Positions 47,553 to 57,362 of a stretch of 64,000 nt of DNA are shown here, in pieces (positions within the stretch are counted from its first letter, which is position 1; each line of letters opens with the position of its first letter). Position numbers and translations under genes: made by a program. The DNA comes from Candidatus Cloacimonadales bacterium (GTDB taxonomy: Bacteria; Cloacimonadota; Cloacimonadia; Cloacimonadales; JAFGVF01). A model generated the notes under the pieces. It was given only the letters and a program-made list of their open reading frames with translations. It was not told the origin of the DNA and did no database searches. The stretch spans positions 96,001-160,000 of the forward strand of contig OY759729.1 in NCBI GenBank assembly GCA_963662585.1, given 5' to 3'.

Positions 47553-48749
47553 ATGAGAAAAACTGCTTATGGTCATCCTATTCAAGTAAAGAATGGTAAG
47601 GTAACTTTACTTTCCCAAGTCACTGCAATTAATGAAGCCTCAATTCAAGACCTTGTCTTTAAATACCCTTCCTGCTTACCAATTAGTGAAATTGATGAAT
47701 CTTTCAATCCAGTATTATCAGTTTGTACAGAACTTCACACACCAGTAGGTCCTCTTGATATATTGATGATAACTCCTAGTGGGAAGATAGTGATTATTGA
47801 AACAAAGCTATGGAAAAACCCTCAAGCGAGGAGAGAGGTTGTTGCTCAAATTCTTGATTATGCTAAAGAGTTATCTAAATGGACTTATGAAGATCTCCAA
47901 AGAGAGGTTAATAAGCGTTTAGGGAAAAGTGGTAACATATTGTATGAAATAGCAAGTAAATCTGATTCAAACGAACTGCTTAACGAATCTGATTTTGTTG
48001 ATTCAGTAAGCAGAAATCTTAAAAAAGGTAATTTTTTATTATTAATAGTTGGTGATGGTATTCGTGAAGGTGCTTCCGGTATTGCTGAATTCTTAGTTGC
48101 ATCAGGTTACATGAATTTTACTTTTGCCATGATTGAGCTTGCAATATACCAAAATGAAGAAATTGGAGAAATACTTCTTCCAAGGGTTATTACTAAAACT
48201 GTGGAAATTCAAAGACTAACTATAGATATTCCAGATGGTTTAGTTCTTAGTAATTCAACAATATTACAAGATAACTCACTGAAATCAGAAAATGATATCA
48301 TTAAAGATAAAGAAAGTCAATACCGCTATAACTTTTGGTCAGATTTAGTTTCTCAGATAGAATTCGATGATCTAGGCCAGCCACTCCCAACCCCAACCTA
48401 TGGCTATAACTTATTTGTTTACCCTAGTGAAACAAGAAAAGTATGGATCAGTGCCTACTTCATGACTAGTAAGAACAGAGTCGGAGTATATCTTCAATGT
48501 AAAAACGATGCAATGGGACAAAAGTATTACGATATTTTAGAATCATATTCAGATGATATTAAAAATGATTTAGGCGAAGTAATAAATTGGAGAGCCTACG
48601 AAAGAGATATTGCCTCAGTATGGATACCTTGTGATGACATTTATAGTCCAATAAATCGAGAAATGTTGATCAAGTTTTTCAAGCATTGGTTAAATGCATT
48701 TGTTAATACATTTAGACCAAGGATTAAAGAAATTGAAAGAGATTCTTAG
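47553..48749 (+). CDS. NucS/RecB-like PD-(D/E)xK nuclease with DUF4268-like C-terminal domain
   Basis: ELHTPVGPLDIL...IIETKL...VVAQILDYA (D, ExK, QxxxY); C-terminal YNFWSDL...IKNDLGEVINW...F.P.I pattern. Confidence 0.7.
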   Translation: MRKTAYGHPIQVKNGKVTLLSQVTAINEASIQDLVFKYPSCLPISEIDESFNPVLSVCTELHTPVGPLDILMITPSGKIVIIETKLWKNPQARREVVAQILDYAKELSKWTYEDLQREVNKRLGKSGNILYEIASKSDSNELLNESDFVDSVSRNLKKGNFLLLIVGDGIREGASGIAEFLVASGYMNFTFAMIELAIYQNEEIGEILLPRVITKTVEIQRLTIDIPDGLVLSNSTILQDNSLKSENDIIKDKESQYRYNFWSDLVSQIEFDDLGQPLPTPTYGYNLFVYPSETRKVWISAYFMTSKNRVGVYLQCKNDAMGQKYYDILESYSDDIKNDLGEVINWRAYERDIASVWIPCDDIYSPINREMLIKFFKHWLNAFVNTFRPRIKEIERDS

Positions 48750-48858
48750 TTTGGTGAGAAAATATATCTAACAAGATTTTAAAACTTACTAAATATTGCT
48801 TCTAAGTGAAGGTGATTTTTGTATATTTACCTTCAAAACGAACCAGAAGGGGAAATCT

Positions 48859-48963
48859 ATGAATGTGCAAGACTTCTTTATTAAGCATAAAGGCTATGCC
48901 AGAATGAAGGATTTAAAAGAAAATAAGTTCCATACTAGAGTCATTACAGAGGCTGTAGAATAA
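48859..48963 (+). pseudogene. Truncated second copy of abiEi (34 codons) with its upstream region
   Basis: 48785-48950 aligns with 57288-57455; MNVQDFFIKHKGYARMKDLKENKFHTRVI versus MNVQDFFGKHNGYARMNDLKENGFHTRVI. Confidence 0.85.
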
Positions 48964-49093
48964 ATCCTAAGCCTTGTTTTTTTGTCTATGATCCGATGTT
49001 GGACAACTTTTTTGTCAAATTCTAATGCCTGTAACAACTAAGGATATAATACCAAAGAACTTATCAAAGTAAGGATTTGTTGTTAGGAATAAA

Positions 49094-49149
49094 GAAAAAT
49101 ACTCCTACCCAGGGCAAAAGCTATATGCAATGTTACCTTGAGTAAGAGT
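49094..49149 (-). terminator. Terminator-like hairpin after the 1181-aa gene
   Basis: Minus strand ACTCTTACTCAAGGTAA...TTGCCCTGGGTAGGAGT then ATTTTCTTT; pairs with G-U only on the minus strand. Confidence 0.55.
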
Positions 49150-49202
49150 GAAAAATTAAATGATTATAATCTTGTAATGATAGAAGATTAGAGATTCAAT
49201 CT

Positions 49203-52200
49203 TTATTTACTATTAGTCTTAATCTGATATTTCTGAATATTGTTTATCCTTCTAATCATTCCACTATTAGCCCTAATCTTAAAAAACAATTTATCCGCAT
49301 ATTCTACTACATCAGGTAATTCAAGATATGATTCGTTAACTGTTCCGATTAAGGAGTCAAAATTACATTCAAAATCCGGATAATCTCCTACATAAACTTC
49401 ATAATAACTTATTACTATATTATTACCGAAAATATCAACAGCTACATCATCCCAATCTAAGATTATAAGACCTTCTGAAATTTCTACTGTTAGGTTGTCT
49501 GGAGTTTCCGGAGGAGCTGAAGAACTTGTCATTGCAGTAATAATTTCAGGATATTCGAAACTTCCTCCAATTCCATCAAGAGCAAGTAGCAAGAAATAGT
49601 AGCGAGTTCCCGGATTTAACCCTGATATTGTAGTGCTAATCAACTCTGAGTTTGGATTGGACATATTTGAATCATTATTCCAATCCCAGTTGGAATCTGA
49701 AGTATTCACATCTGGAAGAGTTGAATAATGAATTCTATAACGTAACAGGCTTATATTAGCTACTGTTTCCCAAGCAAGTTGAACTGTTGAATCAGCTACT
49801 TCTTGAACAAAAAATGTTGTTATTTCTGCAGGAGGCAGAGTAGAGATCCTAACCACCCAATCATCATCAACACCTTCTTGAGAATTCACACCACTATATC
49901 CAATATTACCATAAATATCTGATGCTTTAAACTCGAAAGGTAGAATTCCGTCTGAGTCGAAAGTAACCTCAAAGGAAAGATTTACCTCATCTCTTTCGTG
50001 AATAATTCTTGTTGAATCAGGTATAAGAAGCCATAATTCTGTCTCATCATAAATCCCATTCCCATTATAATCAATACGATAATTCATACTACCAATATTG
50101 ATGCTGCTTAAATCATTGATACTACAACCTATTTGTACTGTGCGTGAATTTTGCCAAACCGGTTCAGGTTGAAGTTGAGGTATCGGACTCGACAATATCG
50201 GAGATTGATTATCGATATGAAATAGAATAGATTCTGATAGGTTAGAATAATTATTACTTTGATCTATGGCCCTTATAGTTATCCAATAATCTCCATTATC
50301 CAAATCCGTAATTGTTGTTTGGGTAGTAGTAATATAAAATAAGCTTGAATCTTGTTCGACTGACCACATTAGATCTTCAATATTTACTTCTGCATCTTGA
50401 GAAAGATATAGCTCATATCTTTCAAAATATGTTTCAGAACTTTGCTCCCATGATAAAGTTGCACTGTGAGAAGTTTGGGAAATTAAAGATAATCCATTAA
50501 CTGGGTTAGGAGGATCATTATCAAGAAAATCACCATAAATGTTAAAATCTTCAATATCCCAATAATTGTCCTGTCCGGTATTCACAGTATTATTACCATA
50601 AATCCACCTGAACTTTACATTAGATTTCCCTGTTAAGCCGGGGAGTAAGTATGATTTCATCTCATTATGTTGACTTGTATAAGTTTCAACTACTGTATAT
50701 GTTATATTGTTTAGGGTGTAAGCAAAAGAACCTTGACCATTGCTGTATGGTAGAAAATCAGAATTGAAGGAAATTGTAATATTTTGAAAATTACTAAAAT
50801 TATAGTTAGGGGATAATAAACGTTCATTTGCAGTTTTACCTGTATTTACCATAACCTGTAATTTATAATCATCACCTTCATCTAAAATAGCCTGCCATGG
50901 ATAATCTGTAGAACCATAATGTGAGACTGACCAGCCTTGTGGAATGTTTCCTTCATTATCAAAATCCTCACTTGTTTCTAATGTTTGAACAACTGTAACT
51001 CGAAGTACTTGCTCAACATAACCCAAATCATTACTTACTCTTATTGTTATGTATTCGGTTCCATACCAATCTGTAGTTGGTTCTAAACTTAAAATACTCC
51101 CACCTAAAACAGTTGTTGAAATCATAGTGTTGCCTGTGAAAGTATAGGAGAGTTTATTACCAGCAAAGAATTCGTCTAAATCTATACTTTGATTGATTGT
51201 ATTCCAATGTATATGTAGGTTCTCTAAATTGGTAGTAATTGTTGGAAATTCAATCATTGGGTCTGGTTTATTGTATAACGATAGTATTTCATCATTATCT
51301 AAAACTCTATCATAAACTCTTAAGTCATCAAAGTAACCTATAAATTGTTGGGATTCTTCCCAGCTACCGCCCACTACATCTTGGTCATTACCAATATATA
51401 GACCATTTTCAGCAATATTGGTAGTACCTTGATCAAAGGTGAAGCTATCTTCTTGATTACCATTTATAAATAGACTAAAGAGACCTGTTTGAGCATCTCT
51501 AGTACATGCTACATTTACCCATTGATTAATTGGTACATAGTAAGATGTTTCATATATTTCACCCTTAATATGAAGTTTTATATGTTGAGATTCCACAAAG
51601 ATTAAATACTCATTCTCATGTTCGTTTGATGCTCCTGATATGAGACCATAAGTTTGCACTGATGGATTAATCCAAAAAGAGACTGTGGAATTATCTAAAC
51701 CATCTAGTACTTGATAAGGTAATTCAATTGTCTCGAGGTAACTTGAGAACTGATATGCATTGTTTTCATTTTGAAATCTATCTGCAGTAGGGCTAGGTCC
51801 ATCTACTGAACCATGATATTCATTCCCACTCTCATCGGTTGCATTACCATCAAAAGGATAATAAGCAACTAGTCCGTGATCTAAAGGTTCAACTACTCGG
51901 ATATAGTTTTCGTTAGTAATAGAATCATTGTCTTCGTCCCACCAAGTTGTAAGAGTAACATCATATTCTCCAATTTGAGAATAAATCCATGTAGGATTCT
52001 CTTCAGTAGAATCAATTATTCCATCTGAGTCGAAATCCCATTCCCATGAAGTTGGTGTTCCTGTTGAAGTATCTTCAAACTGAACTTGTAAAGGTAAACA
52101 TCCTTGTGTAACATTTGAAGTGAAACCTGATGTTAAACCAACAGAAGTTTCAACTTGAATATAATCAATATATCCTTTCATTTCATAATTCCATGTCTCT

Positions 52201-52748
52201 GAAAACATCTTGATAGATATTTCATTATTTTCGTCACTAATATCCGAAGAACCACTTTCGATTAGTTCTCCATCTATGTAAGCCCAATAAAAGTCATTAA
52301 ATTCTTCTAACCTATAAACATGCCAGTTCCCAGCTTGTACTTGTAAAGTTATAGGAGTTGAATCTTCTTCTCCTACAGTAAAACAATCATCAGTTAGGTG
52401 GAAATTATATCCTACGAAATCAATGTTCTTATTACGAACATTAAAATGAACCACACGGGTAACTTCTGTATATAGTATTCTAGCTTCAATAGCAATTGCA
52501 TTTTCTGATGGAAAATTTGGTATCTGCGTCTTAATCCAATTCCAATCAGAATTCATATACCACACTGAATCTCCATTATATGAAGTTATACCTTGTCCTC
52601 CAGCTGCCCCATTAGCTGCATACCATCCTTGAGCTTGGCCATCCTCAAAATCTTCTATGTATGTAACATCCCATTCGAAGTCTTCACAATGAAAAATACT
52701 AACATAAAAGATTGAAACCAACAAAGTAATAAATATTTTTTTGATCAT
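49203..52748 (-). CDS. Secreted PKD/LamG/FN3 multidomain protein
   Basis: Signal peptide, N-terminal ConA-like domain, PKD (SWEWDFDSDG), LamG (GLVAYYPFDGNA..DRF..DDLRVYDRVL), several FN3 domains; GAGGAGG RBS. Confidence 0.85.
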   Translation of the reverse strand: MIKKIFITLLVSIFYVSIFHCEDFEWDVTYIEDFEDGQAQGWYAANGAAGGQGITSYNGDSVWYMNSDWNWIKTQIPNFPSENAIAIEARILYTEVTRVVHFNVRNKNIDFVGYNFHLTDDCFTVGEEDSTPITLQVQAGNWHVYRLEEFNDFYWAYIDGELIESGSSDISDENNEISIKMFSETWNYEMKGYIDYIQVETSVGLTSGFTSNVTQGCLPLQVQFEDTSTGTPTSWEWDFDSDGIIDSTEENPTWIYSQIGEYDVTLTTWWDEDNDSITNENYIRVVEPLDHGLVAYYPFDGNATDESGNEYHGSVDGPSPTADRFQNENNAYQFSSYLETIELPYQVLDGLDNSTVSFWINPSVQTYGLISGASNEHENEYLIFVESQHIKLHIKGEIYETSYYVPINQWVNVACTRDAQTGLFSLFINGNQEDSFTFDQGTTNIAENGLYIGNDQDVVGGSWEESQQFIGYFDDLRVYDRVLDNDEILSLYNKPDPMIEFPTITTNLENLHIHWNTINQSIDLDEFFAGNKLSYTFTGNTMISTTVLGGSILSLEPTTDWYGTEYITIRVSNDLGYVEQVLRVTVVQTLETSEDFDNEGNIPQGWSVSHYGSTDYPWQAILDEGDDYKLQVMVNTGKTANERLLSPNYNFSNFQNITISFNSDFLPYSNGQGSFAYTLNNITYTVVETYTSQHNEMKSYLLPGLTGKSNVKFRWIYGNNTVNTGQDNYWDIEDFNIYGDFLDNDPPNPVNGLSLISQTSHSATLSWEQSSETYFERYELYLSQDAEVNIEDLMWSVEQDSSLFYITTTQTTITDLDNGDYWITIRAIDQSNNYSNLSESILFHIDNQSPILSSPIPQLQPEPVWQNSRTVQIGCSINDLSSINIGSMNYRIDYNGNGIYDETELWLLIPDSTRIIHERDEVNLSFEVTFDSDGILPFEFKASDIYGNIGYSGVNSQEGVDDDWVVRISTLPPAEITTFFVQEVADSTVQLAWETVANISLLRYRIHYSTLPDVNTSDSNWDWNNDSNMSNPNSELISTTISGLNPGTRYYFLLLALDGIGGSFEYPEIITAMTSSSAPPETPDNLTVEISEGLIILDWDDVAVDIFGNNIVISYYEVYVGDYPDFECNFDSLIGTVNESYLELPDVVEYADKLFFKIRANSGMIRRINNIQKYQIKTNSK

Positions 52749-52798
52749 AATACCTCCTCGAATCTAAAAATTCCTTGTTATATTTATAATGTTTTCAA

Positions 52799-53452
52799 TT
52801 ATGTAACAGGTAACAGAAACATTTTAGAATGCTTTTCTTCTACCTTAATCCTAATTACCCCATTTATTCTTTTCCGTCCTGGATGAAATGGATTTCCTTG
52901 CTTTGAGAGCCCATCTTTCCCATGATATGAAAAAGCATAAATATTTTCTTTATCTATTAGTTTATGTAAAAGGTGATTAACTTCACTTTGATGAATGCTC
53001 TTCTTAAACTTAGACGGGTTATCTCCATAAGCCAAAATTATTTTATCTGCACTTTTCACCAACTCATCACCTTTATCCCTATTCTTAGCTAATTCATCTT
53101 GAAATAAAGAATCTTGACTATTAGAATCGAAGATTTGTCTAAGATTACTTGATTCAGGTTCAGAGAATGGAAATAAGTTAGATACAGTAATTTCTTTAGC
53201 CTGATTAAATTTCGGGCATTCATAAATATATTTAATTACAGAATTCATAGTGTTATCAGAATTGTCTTTCCCTGCTTTTGAAGGGTTCATCATTATGAGT
53301 TGAATAGTTTCTGATTTATTTTCTCTACCTTTTAATGGGATAGTTAAAAGACTCCTAACCCCGAGTAATTCATTACATTGAATTTCTTTAAACTCTACAT
53401 AGATTCTACTTTTATCAACATATTCTTCTTTATAATCGATATTTCTATTCAC
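52799..53452 (-). CDS. DUF1643-family protein
   Basis: IMMNPSKA, DNT, SNLFP, ILAYG and GNPFHP motifs; GTG start with AAGGAG. Confidence 0.75.
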   Translation of the reverse strand: MNRNIDYKEEYVDKSRIYVEFKEIQCNELLGVRSLLTIPLKGRENKSETIQLIMMNPSKAGKDNSDNTMNSVIKYIYECPKFNQAKEITVSNLFPFSEPESSNLRQIFDSNSQDSLFQDELAKNRDKGDELVKSADKIILAYGDNPSKFKKSIHQSEVNHLLHKLIDKENIYAFSYHGKDGLSKQGNPFHPGRKRINGVIRIKVEEKHSKMFLLPVT

Positions 53453-53673
53453 AATTGCTTGCTCCTTTTATACATTTCAAAAAATTTAATCCATTAAGAG
53501 TATTTATCATATAAATTACTGCTACTATTATTTAAAATATTTTTCCCAAAACTAATTTTATTAATAAACTTTTAGAGATTATATGTCAAGGAAAAATTTA
53601 TAATTTTCTTATTTAACTTAATGGAGACTGTTAAAATTATTATATTGAGTTAAGTAAACTGTCATTCCGCCCA

Positions 53674-54612
53674 ATGAAAAACGATGGAAGCTCTGATATC
53701 TCAGTGAGATTAGAGAATGAAACTGTTTGGTTAACCATAGACCAAATGGCAGAACTCTTTGATAAAAGTCGTTCTACTATCAACGAACATATTCTAAATA
53801 TCTATAAAGAAGAAGAGCTATTGAAAGAAGATACAATAAGAAAAATCGGAAATTCCGATTTTTCTACTAAACCTAATAATTTCTATAACTTAGATGTTAT
53901 TATTTCAGTAGGTTATAGAGTTAAATCAGTCCAAGGAACTCGTTTTAGGCAATGGGCTACTAAAAGACTAAAAGAGTATATCGTAAAAAGATTCGCTTTA
54001 GATGACCAACGCTTAAAGATTTAGGTGGAGATAACTATTGGAAAGAATTACTTGATAGAATTCGAGATATACGAAGTAGTGAAAAAGTAATGTATAGGCA
54101 AGTTTTAGAGCTTTATGCTACTGCAGTTGATTACACTCCAAAAAGTGAGGAAAGTGTTATATTTTTTCAAATAGTTCAGAATAAATTACATTTTGCAGCT
54201 CACGATAACACTGCAAGTGAAGTTATTTATTTACATGTTGACAGCAACTAGCCTTTTGCTGGACACACAAATTTTAAGGAGAACACCCAACTCAAGCCGA
54301 AGCTATGATTGCTAAAAACTATCTATCAATACAAGAATTAAAAGTGTTGAATAATCTTGTATCAGCTTATTTTGATCTAGCAGGGTTAAATGCTATAGAA
54401 GAAAAAGTAATGACAATGTCTGATTATGTTCGAGAGTTGGATAACATTCTCTCATCGGCAGGTCGTAAGATACTAATAATTCTGGTTCTGTGTCTTCTCT
54501 GGAAGCTAAAACAAAAGCAAAAACTGAATATAAAAAATATAAAGCTAAAACGTTAGAAAGTGTTGAGAAAGAATATCTAAATACTATAAATTCTATAGAA
54601 AAAAAATGCTAA
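53674..54612 (+). pseudogene. RhuM-family protein, degraded
   Basis: ETVWLT, YNLDVIISVGYRVKS..GTRFRQWA, RIRDIRSSEK, VQNKLHFA and IAKNYL; frameshifts near 54018, 54278 and 54475 and a TAG at 54249. Confidence 0.9.
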
Positions 54613-54670
54613 ACTTAGTAGCCATAGAAACAAAAAAAATAAAGGCTTTAAAAGACCTGAAATTATTGAA

Positions 54671-54781
54671 AAGAATGGAGTTGATCTATCTTTACTCATG
54701 AGGGTATTTAACCACTCCTCCTAAGCTCTCTATATCGGGATTACTCAAGATCAGATTGATGATGTTTATGTAAATTTGGAT
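54671..54781 (+). pseudogene. C-terminal fragment of a small tyrosine recombinase
   Basis: Manual translation KNGVDLSLLMRVFNHSS*ALYIGITQDQIDDVYVNL, with box II His and the catalytic Tyr region; not in the ORF track. Confidence 0.8.
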
Positions 54782-54846
54782 AAGATTTTACAATTTATAA
54801 GTCATTTTCACTGATGTGAGAAAGTGAACTTTATAATAGAGTTATA

Positions 54847-54930
54847 TTGATGGAGTTTTTCCAGAAATGGTTGAATACATTTGTTAATGCTATTCGTCCA
54901 AGGATTAAAGAAATTGATAGAGATATGTAG
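54847..54930 (+). pseudogene. 3' remnant of a paralogue of the 47553-48749 nuclease gene
   Basis: LMEFFQKWLNTFVNAIRPRIKEIDRDM* versus LIKFFKHWLNAFVNTFRPRIKEIERDS*. Confidence 0.85.
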
Positions 54931-54984
54931 TTTTGTGAGATAATGTAAAGAAATATTCAAACTGTTATAGAATATTAAATTTCT

Positions 54985-55026
54985 AAGTCCTTCTAGATCT
55001 CAATATCAAGAAGGACTTATTTTTTA
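54985..55026 (+). terminator. Rho-independent terminator
   Basis: AAGTCCTTCT/AGAAGGACTT perfect 10-bp stem followed by ATTTTTT. Confidence 0.65.
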
Positions 55027-55079
55027 TTCCCCTCTTCATTTCTGTTAGGCAATATTAAAAAGAGGGTAGGTAATTTGAA

Positions 55080-55445
55080 TTATTTAATTACAATTATTTG
55101 GACCATATCTATAACATAGTCAGAGAGGAAGATATAATCTTCATAACTTTGTTCATTTCTACCCCACAGTTCCAATATGAATTTTCTAACATTCTCCGAC
55201 AAGTGAAACTGTTTGGTCTTCCTCGTCTTCTTCTCCCTGATAGAAATAGCCTCTCTGAATAATGGTTCATCTCCTGCTTGACTGAAAACAGAATTCCATT
55301 TGAGATTCAGAATATCTGATATTCTCAATCCAGTCTTATTCCCAATTTCAAATAATACTAATTCTTTTAGTTTCCCTTCTTTCCTCATTAACTTCTTAAT
55401 CCTATCAATTTTCTTAACTTCTCTAATTGGTTGAACATAATTCAT
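55080..55445 (-). pseudogene. N-terminal half of a small (catalytic-domain-only) tyrosine recombinase
   Basis: MNYVQPIR, TGLRISDILNLKW (box I) and IREKKTRK; truncated before HxxR. Confidence 0.85.
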
Positions 55446-55825
55446 ATATTATCCTTATAGATTACTTATTGAGCTAATATGCTCGATTTGTAATATAAAA
55501 AAGCTGATACCGATTACTTGAATCGGCATCAGGCTTCTAATCAGCTATATAAATTATGTTTATGAATTGAGATTTTACTTCAATTAACATATTTGTGTAA
55601 AGTAATTTTGGATAGAGCAAAGCATTTGCTTCCGTTAGACTGGACAATATTGTAAGTTGTCAGGAGGCGAATATTTTTATTGACACTTTCTGAAATTAGT
55701 AAAGAATGGATGTGTTGGATAGTAATATAGATTGCTTAGTTACAAGAAGCCCTTACAAAGAACAATGCATGAACTTCATACATGTAAAATACGATTAACT
55801 AAAACTTAAAAATTAGGAGTGAAAA

Positions 55826-56863
55826 ATGGTGAAGAAAGTAATAAATGGGATTGAATACAAACTTCCTAACAAATTATCTAGATTTCAAGAAAAAATGTAT
55901 GTTAACCTTATAGATTACAAGTGGAAACATATAACAAAAAAGCCTGGTATATATAAATATAAAGGTTTGGATATTGAATATGATGTTATTTTACCTGAAT
56001 CTTCAAGGTGTGATTTTCCATTGATTTATTCACCAATATTACCCGTTCTAAAACAACACCGCCAAATGTATAATTTTAAGTTACATATCCATTTTAATCA
56101 TATGGCAAGTTCCCAAGCAGCAAATGTTAACCTATTTCTTCCAATACTTTCATCACCAAAAGCAAATGATATTTTAAGCTTGTTAAAGAAAGATTTCAAT
56201 AGATTAGCAACATCTGAGTTATATAAAGGATTTCGCATAGAATATTGGGATGGCAATTCAAAAGGAGACGAAGGCTTATTGGGTGACCATAACGCAAACT
56301 CTGGCACCGATAGTGATATAGCAATTGCTTACTACAATCATGAAGATGAACTATGTTTATGGTTAATAGAGCATAAACTAACCGAATCTGAATTTACTAC
56401 TTGTGGTGGTTTTAAGAGTAAGGGTAGAGACAAATCAAAACATCTATGCAATAAATCATATACTGAAATTTTAAGCAACAAAAACTTATGTTATTATCAA
56501 GATGTCAAAAAATATAATTATTGGAACATTACGGACACACACAAAAACTACTTTGTAAATAATAGTACTATACCAACATGCCCATTTCAAAAGGGTATGA
56601 ATCAATTGTGGAGAAATCAATTGTTAGGATTTGCTGTAGAGAATAGTAAAGATAATGATTTCAAAAATGTTTTCTTCTCTGTAGTCCATCATCCAGATAA
56701 TCATTCTTTAGATAAAACAATTAATAATTATAAAAACTTGATTAATAACAATCTAAAATTTTCATCATTTACATCAAAGGATGTAATTGATAAGGCAACA
56801 ACTATAAAAGACCAAGGAATTTCAGATTGGATAAAGTGGTATAAAGAGTTGTATAATATTTAG
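55826..56863 (+). CDS. PGN_0703-like putative restriction endonuclease (PD-(D/E)xK)
   Basis: HMASSQAANVNLF, IEYW, GTDSDIAI, LIEHKLTE, CPF..GMNQLWRNQLL; AGGAG RBS. Confidence 0.7.
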   Translation: MVKKVINGIEYKLPNKLSRFQEKMYVNLIDYKWKHITKKPGIYKYKGLDIEYDVILPESSRCDFPLIYSPILPVLKQHRQMYNFKLHIHFNHMASSQAANVNLFLPILSSPKANDILSLLKKDFNRLATSELYKGFRIEYWDGNSKGDEGLLGDHNANSGTDSDIAIAYYNHEDELCLWLIEHKLTESEFTTCGGFKSKGRDKSKHLCNKSYTEILSNKNLCYYQDVKKYNYWNITDTHKNYFVNNSTIPTCPFQKGMNQLWRNQLLGFAVENSKDNDFKNVFFSVVHHPDNHSLDKTINNYKNLINNNLKFSSFTSKDVIDKATTIKDQGISDWIKWYKELYNI

Positions 56864-56924
56864 AATCTCCCACGATAGAGCTGTAAAGCTCCTATGAACA
56901 GCAGATTTTTTTTCCAGATTAGAA

Positions 56925-57070
56925 CTCGAATTATGCATAAACTAAACTTTATAGAAAAATGGGGTACTGGTATTAATCGTATCTTAACTTCTTGAGAAAA
57001 TAGAGGCCTTAAAAAACCTGAAATTATTGAAAAGAATGACTTCTTTGAAGTGAAACTATTTAAACCAAAA
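56925..57070 (+). pseudogene. Fragment of a RecG-C/HATPase_c_4 (AlbA-type regulator) gene
   Basis: Manual translation RIMHKLNFIEKWGTGINRILTS*ENRGLKKPEIIEKNDFFEVKLFKP. Confidence 0.7.
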
Positions 57071-57310
57071 GAAGATTCTTTAGTTAATAATAACAAAATT
57101 ATTGAATCTCCACGGTCGATTACGGACGATTAGAAAAGGATAAAGCAAATTACAGTGAAATTTCCTAAGTCTTTAATTTCCTATTTCGAAAGCATTGACT
57201 TGCATAGATATTTGATTCAAAATGATATTAGTATAATGACTGGCAGTTTAGTTTTGATTTAGAAAATATCTCTTTACAAGATATTCTACTTACTAAATAT
57301 TGGTTCTAAG

Positions 57311-57339
57311 TGAAGGTGGTTTTTGTATATTTACCTTCA
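57311..57339. promoter_or_regulatory. Inverted repeat upstream of abiEi, candidate autoregulatory operator
   Basis: TGAAGGT-N15-ACCTTCA, also conserved at 48807-48835. Confidence 0.55.
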
Positions 57340-57362
57340 AAACGAACCAGAAGGGGAAATCT

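Noticed and set aside
55537..55564. Chromosomal dif site
   Set aside because: XerD-like half is imperfect, XerC half is unrecognisable, and it lies inside a mobile island
56860..57096. 78-aa minus-strand ORF
   Set aside because: Antisense to the recognisable RecG-C pseudogene fragment
57300..57362. N-terminal extension of AbiEi in the ORF track
   Set aside because: Covers the operator palindrome and RBS; ATG 57363 is the better start
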